Source: Acidobacteriota bacterium
Lineage (GTDB): Bacteria > Acidobacteriota > Vicinamibacteria > Vicinamibacterales > 2-12-FULL-66-21
Length of the DNA stretch: 29,431 nucleotides
Reading direction: 5' to 3'
Assembly: GCA_013697225.1 (NCBI GenBank)
Contig: JACCXG010000266.1
Coordinates: 1 to 29,431 of the forward strand
The translations under genes and the position numbers were made by a program. Of the stretch, positions 9,965-19,068 are shown piece by piece. Below the pieces are notes generated by a model. That model was not told where the DNA came from, made no database searches, and saw nothing but the letters and a program-made list of their open reading frames with translations. The first letter of the stretch is position 1; every line of letters begins with the position of its first letter.

Positions 9965-12867
9965 TGCGGTTGGGGATCCTCGTGCTCCTGGCGGTGCTGC
10001 TCGCCCCCGCGCCGGCAAAGGGCCAGACACCCACGCAGACGTACACAGGGCGGGTCGTCTCGGCCGTGACGATTCTCGTCGAGGAGGAGCCGAGCACCGA
10101 AGCGGTCATCGGCGACCTCATCGAGACGCGAATCGGCCAGCCGCTGTCGATGGCGGACGTCCGCGAGACGATCGCGCACCTGTACAGCCTCGGACGCTTC
10201 CAGGACATCCAGGTCGAGGCGGTCGACGCCTCCGGGGGGGGCATCGAGCTGCGCTATCACCTGGTTCCGGTGAGGGCGGTGGAGCGCGTGCAGTTCAGCG
10301 GGGATCTCGCGCTCTCCGAGCGGCTCCTTCGCAGCACGGTCACCGAGCGGTTCGGCCGTGCGCCTCAGCTCGGACGCGGCGCCGAGGTGGCGCGTGTGCT
10401 CGAGCGCTTGTACCAGGACCGTGGCTATTTCAACGCCTCGGTGCGTCCGGGCTCCACGGAGCTTCGCGACCCGCCACGTACCGTGTTGACGCTCGACATC
10501 TCCGCCGGTCCGCAGGCGCGGGTGGAAACGGTGGAGATCACGGGCTCCGCTCCGCAACCGCGCGCGGAACTGCTCGGCCGTCTGCGTCTCGCCCCGGGAA
10601 CCCCTTACGAACGGGTCACGACACAGGAGCGGCTGTCCCAGTACGTTCAGCGGCTGCGGGATCGCGGACACCTCCAGGCCATTGCAAGCCACACGGTTCG
10701 GCTGTCGGCCGACGGGCGGCTCGTGGACGTTGCCGTCGACATCCAGCCCGGTCCGCTCGTCACCGTGGTATTCGAAGGGGATCAGATTCCCGCGGACCGT
10801 CGTGCCGCGCTGGTCCCGTTCCAGCGGGAGGGGTCGGTCGAGGAAGACCTCCTGGAAGATGCCGTCCAGCGGATCCGCGCGTACCTCAGCGAACAGGGGC
10901 ACTGGCGGGCTGACGTGTCCGTCCAGCCGAGAGAGCTCGACGAGAACCGGCTGGCCATCGTGTTCACCATCCGCGCCGGACCGGTCTATCGCGTGGCTCC
11001 TGGAGGCATCCAGATCACCGGCAACGCGTCCATTCCGCCCGAAGACTTCCGTCCGCTGATAACGCTGGCACCCGGAGATCTCTACATCTCCTCGCGCCTC
11101 GACGCGACGACCGGCGCGCTGCTCCGGCTCTATCGCACGCGCGGGTTTGCCTGGGCGGAGGTCAGCTCCGTGGAAGTCCAGGAGACCGACTCCGGCGTCG
11201 ACGCCGCGCTCGTGCGCCCCACAATCACGATCAAGGAAGGCCCGCGCGCCGTGATCGGCGGGGTGACGATCGCCGGAACGGAGGCCATCGGCCAGACCGA
11301 GATCCGCAGCCTGATTCGTCTCCAGCCCGGCGATCCGTACTACGAGCCGGCGATCGCCGCCGACGAAGATGCGGTGCAGCTGGAGTACCTCAACCTGGGG
11401 TTCGCGTCAGCCGACGTTCAGGTCACTCCGTCGCTCTCCGAGGACCGCACGCGCGTGGATCTCCAGTTCGCGGTGACCGAAGGGGCGCAGACAATCGTCG
11501 ATCACGTCCTCGTCGTGGGGAACCAGCGTACGGAGGAGGAGGTCATCCGGCGCGAAGTGCTGCTCCGGCCGGGGCAGCCGCTGGGTCTGCGCGATCTGCT
11601 CGAGAGCCGCCGGCGGCTGAGCGCGCTCGGTCTCTTCCGCCGCATCGACATCAGAGAGCTGGAGCACGGCCCCCCTGACCGTCGCGACGTCCTGATCACG
11701 GTCGAAGAGGCCCCGGTGACAACGGTGGGCTACGGCGGTGGTCTCGAAGTGAACCGGCGCCTGCGGGCGGGAGGTCCCGGCGGCACGGCAGAGGAGCGGA
11801 TCGAGCTGGCCCCTCGCGGATTCTTCGACATCGGCCGCCGCAATCTCGGAGGGAAGAACCGGTCCGTGAACCTCTTCACCCGCGTCAGTGTGCGCCCCAA
11901 CGATGCGCCAGAGGATCCCGAGCGGGACGGACGCGGAATCGGGTTCAGCGAATACCGCGTCGTGGGGACCTACCGCGAGCCGAGGGAGTTCCTCTGGAAT
12001 GCTGATCTGACAGTGACCGGCGCGGTAGAACAGGGTGAGCGCTCCAGCTTCAATTTCGCCCGCAGGGGGGTCACCGCCGAACTCCTCCGGCGTCTCACGC
12101 CGACCATACGGGCCAGCGGCCGGTATTCCTTCGGCGCGACAAGGACGTTCGACGAGCGTCTGAACCTCGACGAACAGGCCGCCATCGACCGCCTCTTCCC
12201 GCAGGTGCGGCTCTCGTCGTTTTCCGGGGCCATCGCGCGCGACACGCGAGACGACATCGTGGAGCCCTCACGCGGAGCCTTCCTCAGCGTGGAGGGCACT
12301 GTGGCTGCCCGGGGGCTTGGCGGGCAGGTCGGCTTCATGAAGACCTACATGCAGGGCTACTGGTTCAAGAGGCTCCCGGGCCTCAGGCAGATTGTCTTCG
12401 CGAGCCGGGCCTCCGTAGGGCTGGCGGACGGCTTCGAGCGTCCTCCCCTGCCGACCGACCCGGAAGGGGAGGCCATCGAGGACCTCCCGGCCAGCGAGCG
12501 GTTTTTTGCCGGAGGGGACACGACGATCCGGGGCTTCGCGCTCGACACGGTGGGCACTCCCGCCACGATCAGCGCGCGCGGGTTTCCCCGCGGAGGCAAT
12601 GCCGTGCTGATCCTGAATGGTGAGCTGCGCGTCCCGGTCTGGGGCGGGGTGGGCACTGCGCTGTTCGTCGACGGCGGCAATGTGTTCGAGCGGGTCACCG
12701 ACTTCGCAGCCGAGGAGCTGCGCGGCAGCCTTGGTTTCGGTCTCCGGTATCGATCGCCGATCGGTCCGATCCGCGTGGACCTGGGGTTCAAGATGGATCG
12801 CCGTGAGTTCGGCGGACGCCGCGAGCCGCGCAGCGTGCTGCACTTCTCCATCGGGCAGGCGTTCTGA
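9964..12867 (+). CDS. Omp85-family outer membrane protein (TamA/BamA-like) with about 7 POTRA domains, 967 aa
   Basis: Start at the TGATG overlap. Signal peptide MRLGILVLLAVLLAPAPAKG. Seven ~80-aa POTRA-like repeats. Loop-6 motif FFAGGDTTIRGF. C-terminal beta-signal HFSIGQAF. Confidence 0.88.
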   Translation: MRLGILVLLAVLLAPAPAKGQTPTQTYTGRVVSAVTILVEEEPSTEAVIGDLIETRIGQPLSMADVRETIAHLYSLGRFQDIQVEAVDASGGGIELRYHLVPVRAVERVQFSGDLALSERLLRSTVTERFGRAPQLGRGAEVARVLERLYQDRGYFNASVRPGSTELRDPPRTVLTLDISAGPQARVETVEITGSAPQPRAELLGRLRLAPGTPYERVTTQERLSQYVQRLRDRGHLQAIASHTVRLSADGRLVDVAVDIQPGPLVTVVFEGDQIPADRRAALVPFQREGSVEEDLLEDAVQRIRAYLSEQGHWRADVSVQPRELDENRLAIVFTIRAGPVYRVAPGGIQITGNASIPPEDFRPLITLAPGDLYISSRLDATTGALLRLYRTRGFAWAEVSSVEVQETDSGVDAALVRPTITIKEGPRAVIGGVTIAGTEAIGQTEIRSLIRLQPGDPYYEPAIAADEDAVQLEYLNLGFASADVQVTPSLSEDRTRVDLQFAVTEGAQTIVDHVLVVGNQRTEEEVIRREVLLRPGQPLGLRDLLESRRRLSALGLFRRIDIRELEHGPPDRRDVLITVEEAPVTTVGYGGGLEVNRRLRAGGPGGTAEERIELAPRGFFDIGRRNLGGKNRSVNLFTRVSVRPNDAPEDPERDGRGIGFSEYRVVGTYREPREFLWNADLTVTGAVEQGERSSFNFARRGVTAELLRRLTPTIRASGRYSFGATRTFDERLNLDEQAAIDRLFPQVRLSSFSGAIARDTRDDIVEPSRGAFLSVEGTVAARGLGGQVGFMKTYMQGYWFKRLPGLRQIVFASRASVGLADGFERPPLPTDPEGEAIEDLPASERFFAGGDTTIRGFALDTVGTPATISARGFPRGGNAVLILNGELRVPVWGGVGTALFVDGGNVFERVTDFAAEELRGSLGFGLRYRSPIGPIRVDLGFKMDRREFGGRREPRSVLHFSIGQAF

Positions 12868-13511
12868 TGCGTTCCCCCGCGACACTCCTGCTGGCGGCCG
12901 CCATCTCCCTCACATCTGCCGGTGCGGCGCCAGCGGCCGAGATCATCGACCGCGTGCTGGCGGCGGTCGGGGGACAGATCATCACCCTCTCGGATGTCAG
13001 GACAGCGCTGCGCTTCGGCCTCGTGCCGCCTGACGTGAGCGAGGATCCGGTCGCCGCCGCTCTTCAACGGCTGATCGATCGCACCCTCATGCAGACGGAG
13101 GTCGAGCGATACGTGCCCCCCGAACCCGATCCCGCCGCTGTCGATGCCGGGGTTGCCGCGGTGCGGGCGCGGTTCGCCGATGCCGCCGCATTCGACGCGG
13201 TGTTGAAAGAGACAGCGATGTCGCACGACGAACTGCGGCGCCACGTCCGCGACACCCTGAGGCTCGAGGTCTATCTGCAGCAGCGCTTCGGGACCCTGGC
13301 CGATCCGTCGGATGACGAGGTGATGCGCTATTACAGGGAGAACAGCGCCGAGTTCACGGTCGACGGGAGGGTGCGTCCCTTCGAACAGGTGCGGGAAACC
13401 GCCCGCGCGACGCTCACGGAACGGAGCCGGGAAGCCTTCCTGCGGGAGTGGGTGGAAGGGCTCCGCCGCCGCAGCAACGTCGTCGTGCTGTACCTGCCGG
13501 CGGCCCGGTGA
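12867..13511 (+). CDS. SurA N-terminal/core-domain periplasmic chaperone lacking a parvulin domain, 214 aa
   Basis: Signal peptide, then AEIIDRVLAAVGGQIITLSDV and LQRLIDRTL (SurA N-domain pattern) and terminal helix WVEGLRRRSNVVV. TGATG overlap with the Omp85 gene. Confidence 0.75.
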   Translation: MRSPATLLLAAAISLTSAGAAPAAEIIDRVLAAVGGQIITLSDVRTALRFGLVPPDVSEDPVAAALQRLIDRTLMQTEVERYVPPEPDPAAVDAGVAAVRARFADAAAFDAVLKETAMSHDELRRHVRDTLRLEVYLQQRFGTLADPSDDEVMRYYRENSAEFTVDGRVRPFEQVRETARATLTERSREAFLREWVEGLRRRSNVVVLYLPAAR

Positions 13512-13523
13512 TCGGCCGCCCCC

Positions 13524-15026
13524 TCAGGGCTGCACTTTGAGGATCCGCAGCTCCGCGCCGGGATGCTCCGGCGAAGGGGTGAACCGCGCCACCTCGCGTG
13601 TCTGGCCGAACAGCCGCATGTAGTCCGCGTACTCGCGCGGGAAGACCTGCGGCGCGGCAAGATACGGCCCGTACGCGTGAGAGGACGCCACCAGGAAGTC
13701 AGCACCGATCTCGAGATAGTGGTCGTATTCCCTGTCGCGCAACTGCCGCACGTTGGCGCTCTCGTACGGGCTGTGGGTCAGCACGAGGTTTGCCGCTTCG
13801 ATGACGATCGTGGAGCCCTCGGGGATGTTCTGCCGGATCCAGCTGTGGGCCAGCGCGGCGGTCCCCTCCTGCCGGAGCGTCCGCACGAAGCTGACGGACG
13901 TGAGCGTTGCCGGGAGCAATGTGGCGACGGTCAGGCCGGCGATCAACGCGGTCCGCAGCGCGCGCGGGATGGAGAAGCGCCGCAGCAGGCTGACACCGGA
14001 GACGACGGCCGCCGCGGCCAGCAGGCAGGCGAAGGGGACGAGCGGCAGCAGGTAGCGGCCGAACACCAGGCTCTGCCTGGAGATGAACCAGAAGTAGACG
14101 AGCGGGAACAGCACGGCGAGGGTCCACCGCACCCGCCCCGGGCCCCGCGCCGCGCGGACGAGTGCCAGCACCGTGCCCCCGAGCATCAGCAGGAACCCCG
14201 GCCACTGCACGCTGTTCCGCAGGTGCTTGAGGTACAGGCTCCAGGCCGCCTCAGGGGGGGGCGCCGCGGTGTAACTGCCCATCAGCCGGGCATACCCGTC
14301 GAGGAATGCGGGAAGGTCCAGCACCGTGTATGGGGCGCCGAGCAGGAACGCGACGGCAGCCCCCGCTGTTGCCGCGAGTCCTCCCGCCAGCCGTGACGGC
14401 TGAGTGGCCGGCGTCATCCACACCGCAACAAGCGGAAGCAGGAGCGCCAGGCCGCCAGGATATTTCGTGGCGGCGGCGAGCCCTGCCGCCGCGCCCGCCC
14501 ACGCGAAGGCGCGGGCGGTGGGGGCCTCGTGCGCGCGCAGAGAGAGGAGGAACGTGAGTGTCACCAGGAACGTCAGCGGGACGTCGGTGAGGATGTAATG
14601 GGACTCGCGCACGTGCAGCGGCATCACGGCGAGGAGCCCCGCGCCAAGCAGCGCCGGACGCGTGCCCCATCGCAGGCCGATGTGGAACACGAGGAGCACC
14701 GTCAGCGTGCCGAGCGCCGCCGTCACGGCGCGTCCCCAGACGTAGAAGTCCGCCGACGTGACCTCGGCAAGCGAGTGCCATTCGCCGGCCATGGAGCCGG
14801 CCATGAACCTGGCCACCGCCGTGGCCAGCTGGACGTAGATGTACAGCGACGGGTAGTCGTAGAAGTGCGGGTTGAGGCTGCCCGAGCGCATCATGCCGAC
14901 TGCCCGGTTGACGACCTCCGGCTCGTCCACGCCAATGGCGTACGGGACACCGGCCCCGATGCCGAGGAACCGCAGCGTTGCCGCAGCGATCACGATGGCG
15001 GCCAGCGAGAGTGTCGCCCGCCTCAT
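13524..15026 (-). CDS. GT-C fold membrane glycosyltransferase (ArnT/PMT-like, GT39/GT83 type), 500 aa
   Basis: Many TM helices, acidic DE motif in the first loop (GVDEPEVV), NPHFYDYPSL, ESHYILTDVP, AAATKYPG, RYLLPLVP, soluble C-terminal domain. Start set at ATG 15026 with GGGAGG RBS. Confidence 0.82.
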   Translation of the reverse strand: MRRATLSLAAIVIAAATLRFLGIGAGVPYAIGVDEPEVVNRAVGMMRSGSLNPHFYDYPSLYIYVQLATAVARFMAGSMAGEWHSLAEVTSADFYVWGRAVTAALGTLTVLLVFHIGLRWGTRPALLGAGLLAVMPLHVRESHYILTDVPLTFLVTLTFLLSLRAHEAPTARAFAWAGAAAGLAAATKYPGGLALLLPLVAVWMTPATQPSRLAGGLAATAGAAVAFLLGAPYTVLDLPAFLDGYARLMGSYTAAPPPEAAWSLYLKHLRNSVQWPGFLLMLGGTVLALVRAARGPGRVRWTLAVLFPLVYFWFISRQSLVFGRYLLPLVPFACLLAAAAVVSGVSLLRRFSIPRALRTALIAGLTVATLLPATLTSVSFVRTLRQEGTAALAHSWIRQNIPEGSTIVIEAANLVLTHSPYESANVRQLRDREYDHYLEIGADFLVASSHAYGPYLAAPQVFPREYADYMRLFGQTREVARFTPSPEHPGAELRILKVQP

Positions 15027-15105
15027 GTCGCTGGCCTCCCGCCACTCACGTTCCGTCACGGAATCTCCCGGCGTCGAGCCGCCGCGTGGTGGCGGCGCTC
15101 TCGGC

Positions 15106-15111
15106 TACAAT
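15106..15111 (+). promoter_or_regulatory. Putative sigma70 -10 element for the inverted methyltransferase
   Basis: TACAAT in a GC-rich divergent intergenic region. No recognisable -35. Confidence 0.4.
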
Positions 15112-15257
15112 GCTGAGCCACGGCCTGTAGACAGGGGCTTTCGGCGCCGGCGTCCGGTGGCGCCAACTGATGAGCTCGTAGGCTACGGCAATTCCGCGCC
15201 GGTACGCAACGGCAGCGCTCTGCGCGTCCGTGGCCCCTGTGAGCGCACGCACGAGCC

Positions 15258-16007
15258 ATGGATCGCCTCCTCGAAGCAACACACCGGGCCGAACAGGCCC
15301 ATTTCTGGTTTCGCGGATTCAGGGCCTTCGTCCGTCCATTGATCCGGCAGGCTCTCTCCGGCCGCGCGTCGGCGCGCATTCTCGACTGCGGGTGCGGGAC
15401 GGGCGCCAACCTGGCGATCCTCGGAGAATACGGACGGACCTTCGGGTTCGACATCTCCTCGAGGGGGCTGCAGTTTGCCCGGGAGGCGGGGCAGCTCCGC
15501 GTGGCGCGAGCCTCCATCGACGAGATGCCCTTCGGGGCCGGACTGTTCGATCTGGTGACCGCTTTCGATGTGCTGTATGCGCTCGACGAGGAGCAGGAGG
15601 CCCGGGCGATCGAGGAGATCGTGCGGGTGCTCAAGCCTGGCGGCAGCGTGATCGTGAACGTCGCGGCGCTCGGCATTCTGCGGGGGAACCACTCACTCTT
15701 CGGGGCTGAAGTGCGGCGGTCCACACGGCGGCGCCTGCGGCGGCTCCTGACGGCCGCCGGGCTGAGCGTCGTGAGGCTCACGTATACGAACTTCGTTCTG
15801 TTTCCACTGATGCTGGCCGTCCGCTCGGCGCAGCGCGCCATCGGGCTCGCCACGCCCGAAGAGGCGGGAACCGACCTCGCCGTGCCCGCCGCGCCCGTCA
15901 ACGAAACCCTCGCGGCCCTGCTCTGGTGCGAGGCGCGGGCGCTTCGCCTTCTCGACATGCCGATCGGCAGTTCGCTCCTCTGCATCGCACGCAAGCCGGA
16001 CGCCTGA
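15258..16007 (+). CDS. Class I SAM-dependent methyltransferase, 249 aa
   Basis: Motif I ILDCGCGTG, FGFD, MPFGAGLFDLVTAFDVL, RVLKPGG. N-terminal EQAHFWF typical of glycan-cluster methyltransferases. In-frame stop at 15240-15242 fixes the start. Confidence 0.88.
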   Translation: MDRLLEATHRAEQAHFWFRGFRAFVRPLIRQALSGRASARILDCGCGTGANLAILGEYGRTFGFDISSRGLQFAREAGQLRVARASIDEMPFGAGLFDLVTAFDVLYALDEEQEARAIEEIVRVLKPGGSVIVNVAALGILRGNHSLFGAEVRRSTRRRLRRLLTAAGLSVVRLTYTNFVLFPLMLAVRSAQRAIGLATPEEAGTDLAVPAAPVNETLAALLWCEARALRLLDMPIGSSLLCIARKPDA

Positions 16008-16023
16008 GGGCCGGCCGTCAGGC
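16002..16023. terminator. Hairpin at the convergent gene junction, possibly a bidirectional terminator or pause site
   Basis: GCCTGA (16002-16007) / TCAGGC (16018-16023) inverted repeat whose arms contain both stop codons. No U-tract. Confidence 0.3.
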
Positions 16024-16509
16024 CGCCCCGGAGGCGTTGACCCGCGCCATCACTCTCGAGACGGTTACGTACGCCAGCGCCCCCACGACCAGGGCGCCAA
16101 GGGTGGACCCGAGGACAAACGACCATAGAAAGGGGCGGAGAATCTCCACGGCGGAGTCCCAGAACGGCGCACGATAGATGGGCATCTCCAGCAACGCTCT
16201 CAGCCGGCCGCCGACGTCGGTTGCCAGCGGTACCCGGAGCAGCGTCGCACCGAGCGCGGTCGTCAGCGCATACCAGGGCACCATCACCCAGGGAAGGTTG
16301 GTGCACAGGCCTATGAAAATGGCCATCCGGTTCAGGCGGAGGACGAACGACAGCCCCATCCCCGCGAAAACCTGCAGCCCCAGGAAAGGGGAGAAGCTCA
16401 GGAACACGCCGAGCGCAAACGCCGCCGCCGTGCGGCGGGGGGAGTCGGAGAGCGCAGCCAGGCGCCCGAGCCATCGCGGATACTGCCGCGGCAGTGAGCG
16501 GTTGTCCAT
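16018..16509 (-). CDS. DUF2062 family membrane protein, 163 aa
   Basis: DSPRRTAAAFALGVFLSFSPFLGLQ...RLNR...NLPW pattern; hydrophobic helices. Confidence 0.8.
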   Translation of the reverse strand: MDNRSLPRQYPRWLGRLAALSDSPRRTAAAFALGVFLSFSPFLGLQVFAGMGLSFVLRLNRMAIFIGLCTNLPWVMVPWYALTTALGATLLRVPLATDVGGRLRALLEMPIYRAPFWDSAVEILRPFLWSFVLGSTLGALVVGALAYVTVSRVMARVNASGAA

Positions 16510-16513
16510 CCGT

Positions 16514-17815
16514 TCAGTGGTTCCTCAGCAGATCATCGTACATCCTGAGCGTGGCCGGACCGATCGTGCGCCATGAAAACTCCGCCTCGACGATTGCGCG
16601 GCCGGCCTGCCCCATGCCCGCAAGGCGGCCAGCCTCACCAAGTGCACCGCTGAGCGCCGCCGCCAGCGCATCGGCACGCCCGGGGGGTACCAGCCAGCCG
16701 TTCACTCCGGGCCGCACCTTGTCCGGGATCCCTCCTGCCGTTGTTGCCACGACTGCCCGCCGGTGCGCCATGGCTTCGAGCGTGACGAGCGAGCTCCCTT
16801 CGTACAGGGTCGGGTGCACGAACAGGGTGGCCCCCTCGTACCATGCGTGCACATCAGCGTCCGGGAGGCGCCCCGTCAGCAGGACGCGGTTCGAGAGGCC
16901 CGCGTCCGTAATGATGCGTTCCAGCTGTCCGCGATAGGGGCCCTCGCCGACGACCACCCAGCGCCACGGCTCCACCAGCGCGGTGCCGTGCTCGACGAGG
17001 GCGGCAATGGCCGCCGCAAGCACGTCGAACCCCTTGCTGGCCTCGAGCCGCCCCACGCTCAGCAGCACGCGTTCTCTCGGACCGATTCCCGCGCGCCGCC
17101 GGATGCCTGCACCCGAGGCGGGCGTGGCCAGCCTGTCGAGGAGGTCGAGGTCGAGCGCGTTCGGGATGATCCGCACCCGGTCGGCGGGCACATCCAGGTG
17201 CTGCCGTACCGCCGGCTCCAGGCTGCGATCGGTGGCGATCACCGCGTCTGCCGCCGCGGCGCACGCCCGCACGGCCCAGCGGAGCGGCAGATAGGCTGCC
17301 CGCTTGACCGGCGCCCGTGCCGGGTCCGTGGCCCCGAACTCCTCGAGCCCCTGCGGGTTCAATACGAGCGGGACGGTGCTCTGCCGCCGCTTCCGGGCGT
17401 AGCCGAGTGCGCTCGCCCCAAAGGCATGCACAAGGTCCACGCGGCCGCTGCGGGCAAGCTGCCAGGCGACGTAGCCTGCCCGCATCCCGAACAGCGGATA
17501 CGCCGTACTCCGATCAATCACCGTCGTCCCGCGCCTTCCCGCGAAGGGGAATGTGCGATACGGCACGATTATCGTCCTGATCCGCGGGTCGATGACCGAT
17601 CCGGCCTGCGTCTGCAGCACGCCACCGGCCGCGTTCGGCACCGACGGTCCCGGGTTTCCGGGGGTGGTGGGGGGGCGGGTGATCAGCGTGACGTGCACGT
17701 CGTGCGACGAGAGGTAGCGGACGAGATCGTGAACGGAGCGCTCCAGGCCCCCGCCGACGCCGTGCAGCGGCGCCACGGCCCGGGCGATCACCGCGACACG
17801 CACCTGCGGCGTCAC
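16514..17815 (-). CDS. Glycosyltransferase family 4 (GT-B), 433 aa
   Basis: GGGLERSV, IIPNALD, LLSVGRLEASKG, E-x7-E motif YEGSSLVTLEAMA. GTGA overlap with the upstream gene. Confidence 0.9.
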   Translation of the reverse strand: MTPQVRVAVIARAVAPLHGVGGGLERSVHDLVRYLSSHDVHVTLITRPPTTPGNPGPSVPNAAGGVLQTQAGSVIDPRIRTIIVPYRTFPFAGRRGTTVIDRSTAYPLFGMRAGYVAWQLARSGRVDLVHAFGASALGYARKRRQSTVPLVLNPQGLEEFGATDPARAPVKRAAYLPLRWAVRACAAAADAVIATDRSLEPAVRQHLDVPADRVRIIPNALDLDLLDRLATPASGAGIRRRAGIGPRERVLLSVGRLEASKGFDVLAAAIAALVEHGTALVEPWRWVVVGEGPYRGQLERIITDAGLSNRVLLTGRLPDADVHAWYEGATLFVHPTLYEGSSLVTLEAMAHRRAVVATTAGGIPDKVRPGVNGWLVPPGRADALAAALSGALGEAGRLAGMGQAGRAIVEAEFSWRTIGPATLRMYDDLLRNH

Positions 17816-19068
17816 GCCGGATCTTTCCGTAGCGACAGGTAGAGGCGTTCCATCCGCTCGACCACGGCAGGCGCGTCGAACCGCTGCGCCCGTTCCCGGG
17901 CGGCAGCCCCGAGCCGCCCCCTGAGCCCTTCGTCCGCGGCAAGTCGCCTGACATCTCCGGCAAGCTCCTCCGGAGTTGCCGACAGGAGTCCCGTCGACTG
18001 GTCCTCGACGATGTCGGGCGTGCCGCCGGTGTTCATCGCGGCGATCGGGATGCCGAGCGCGCTGGCCTCGATCAGGACACGGCTCAGGGATTCCGGTCCG
18101 CGTGAGGGGAAGACGAGCATCGATGCGTGCGCGAGCCAGGCGGTCGCCTCACCCTGATCCACCCAGCCCGTGAAGCGGACGTCCCGCCCGGCCCGTCGTG
18201 CTGCCGCTTCGACGGCCGTGCGATCGGGTCCATCCCCCGCCACGACCAGGGGCCAGTCCAGGCCCGCCCGCTCGATCGTTGGCACCAGGTGGACGGTGCC
18301 CTTGTTCGGCGCGAGCTTGCCGAGGTACAGCGCGTACGGCTGGGGCAGCGGACGTTTGCTGCGCCCGGCACGTGCGCGCAGATCGGCGACGTCCACCGGG
18401 TTCGGGATGATCTCCATTCGCACCTCCGAGAGCTCGGGCGCTCGTGCGCGCAGGTCGGCCGCGATCGTGGTGCTGACGGCTACGACGGCGTCTGCTCCGG
18501 CCAGCCCCTCGCGTTTGCGGCGCAGGTTCCGCCGCATGTAAGGGATCATCGGCAGGGCGGCCGGCCACGCGGTCCCTCCTCGCGGCTGAATGCACCGCAC
18601 CATGCCCCCCGCGGAACAGCGCGGACACAGGGCCGCCTCGTCGCGTGTGTGAATGAGGTCCGACCAGTAGCAGACCGGCCAGTAGTCCCGGACGGTGCAC
18701 ACGGCTGGAACACCTGCCCGCCGGGCTGCGGTGATGGACGGCAGGCAGGTCAGCACGTGCTGCCCGTGCGCGATGTCGATCCGCTCGCGGCGCAGAATGT
18801 CCGTCAGTATCTGCGGCAGCGTGCGATAGAGCCGCTCGTTCTTGAAGTAGTTTCGGACGTAGGGCAGTGGCGGCGCAGGAAAACCTGCCTCGATGACCCT
18901 GAAGCCGTCGTATTCGGTTTCTACGACTGATGAAGATTTCCCCGGCATCGGCCTGACGATCAGCACGTCGTGCCCGCGTGTCCTCAGGCCGCGGGCGAGG
19001 TGATACGTGCTCCACCCGCTGCCGCCGCTGACCGGCGGGAAGGCGTCCGTGGCGAGCAGGATTCTCAT
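17812..19068 (-). CDS. Glycosyltransferase family 4 with a Cys-rich insertion, 418 aa
   Basis: MRILLATDAFPP.SGGSG, IIPNPVD, YLGKLAPNKG, PESLSRVLIEASA. ATGA overlap. Confidence 0.9.
   Translation of the reverse strand: MRILLATDAFPPVSGGSGWSTYHLARGLRTRGHDVLIVRPMPGKSSSVVETEYDGFRVIEAGFPAPPLPYVRNYFKNERLYRTLPQILTDILRRERIDIAHGQHVLTCLPSITAARRAGVPAVCTVRDYWPVCYWSDLIHTRDEAALCPRCSAGGMVRCIQPRGGTAWPAALPMIPYMRRNLRRKREGLAGADAVVAVSTTIAADLRARAPELSEVRMEIIPNPVDVADLRARAGRSKRPLPQPYALYLGKLAPNKGTVHLVPTIERAGLDWPLVVAGDGPDRTAVEAAARRAGRDVRFTGWVDQGEATAWLAHASMLVFPSRGPESLSRVLIEASALGIPIAAMNTGGTPDIVEDQSTGLLSATPEELAGDVRRLAADEGLRGRLGAAARERAQRFDAPAVVERMERLYLSLRKDPA

Noticed and set aside
7037-10030. 997-aa antisense ORF and many other long overlapping ORFs (e.g. 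665-2164, 24986-26215, 27245-28408, 15056-16474)
   Set aside because: Shadow frames of well-supported genes in high-GC DNA; Arg/Gly/Pro-rich and motif-free.
15167-15200. CTGATGAG hammerhead ribozyme core
   Set aside because: No stem II followed by GAAA, so the catalytic core is incomplete.
15205-15225. GAGCGCTGC on the - strand resembling an SAH riboswitch
   Set aside because: It lacks the preceding GAG, the CCAGGCUC element in the right place and the CGCUC pseudoknot partner.
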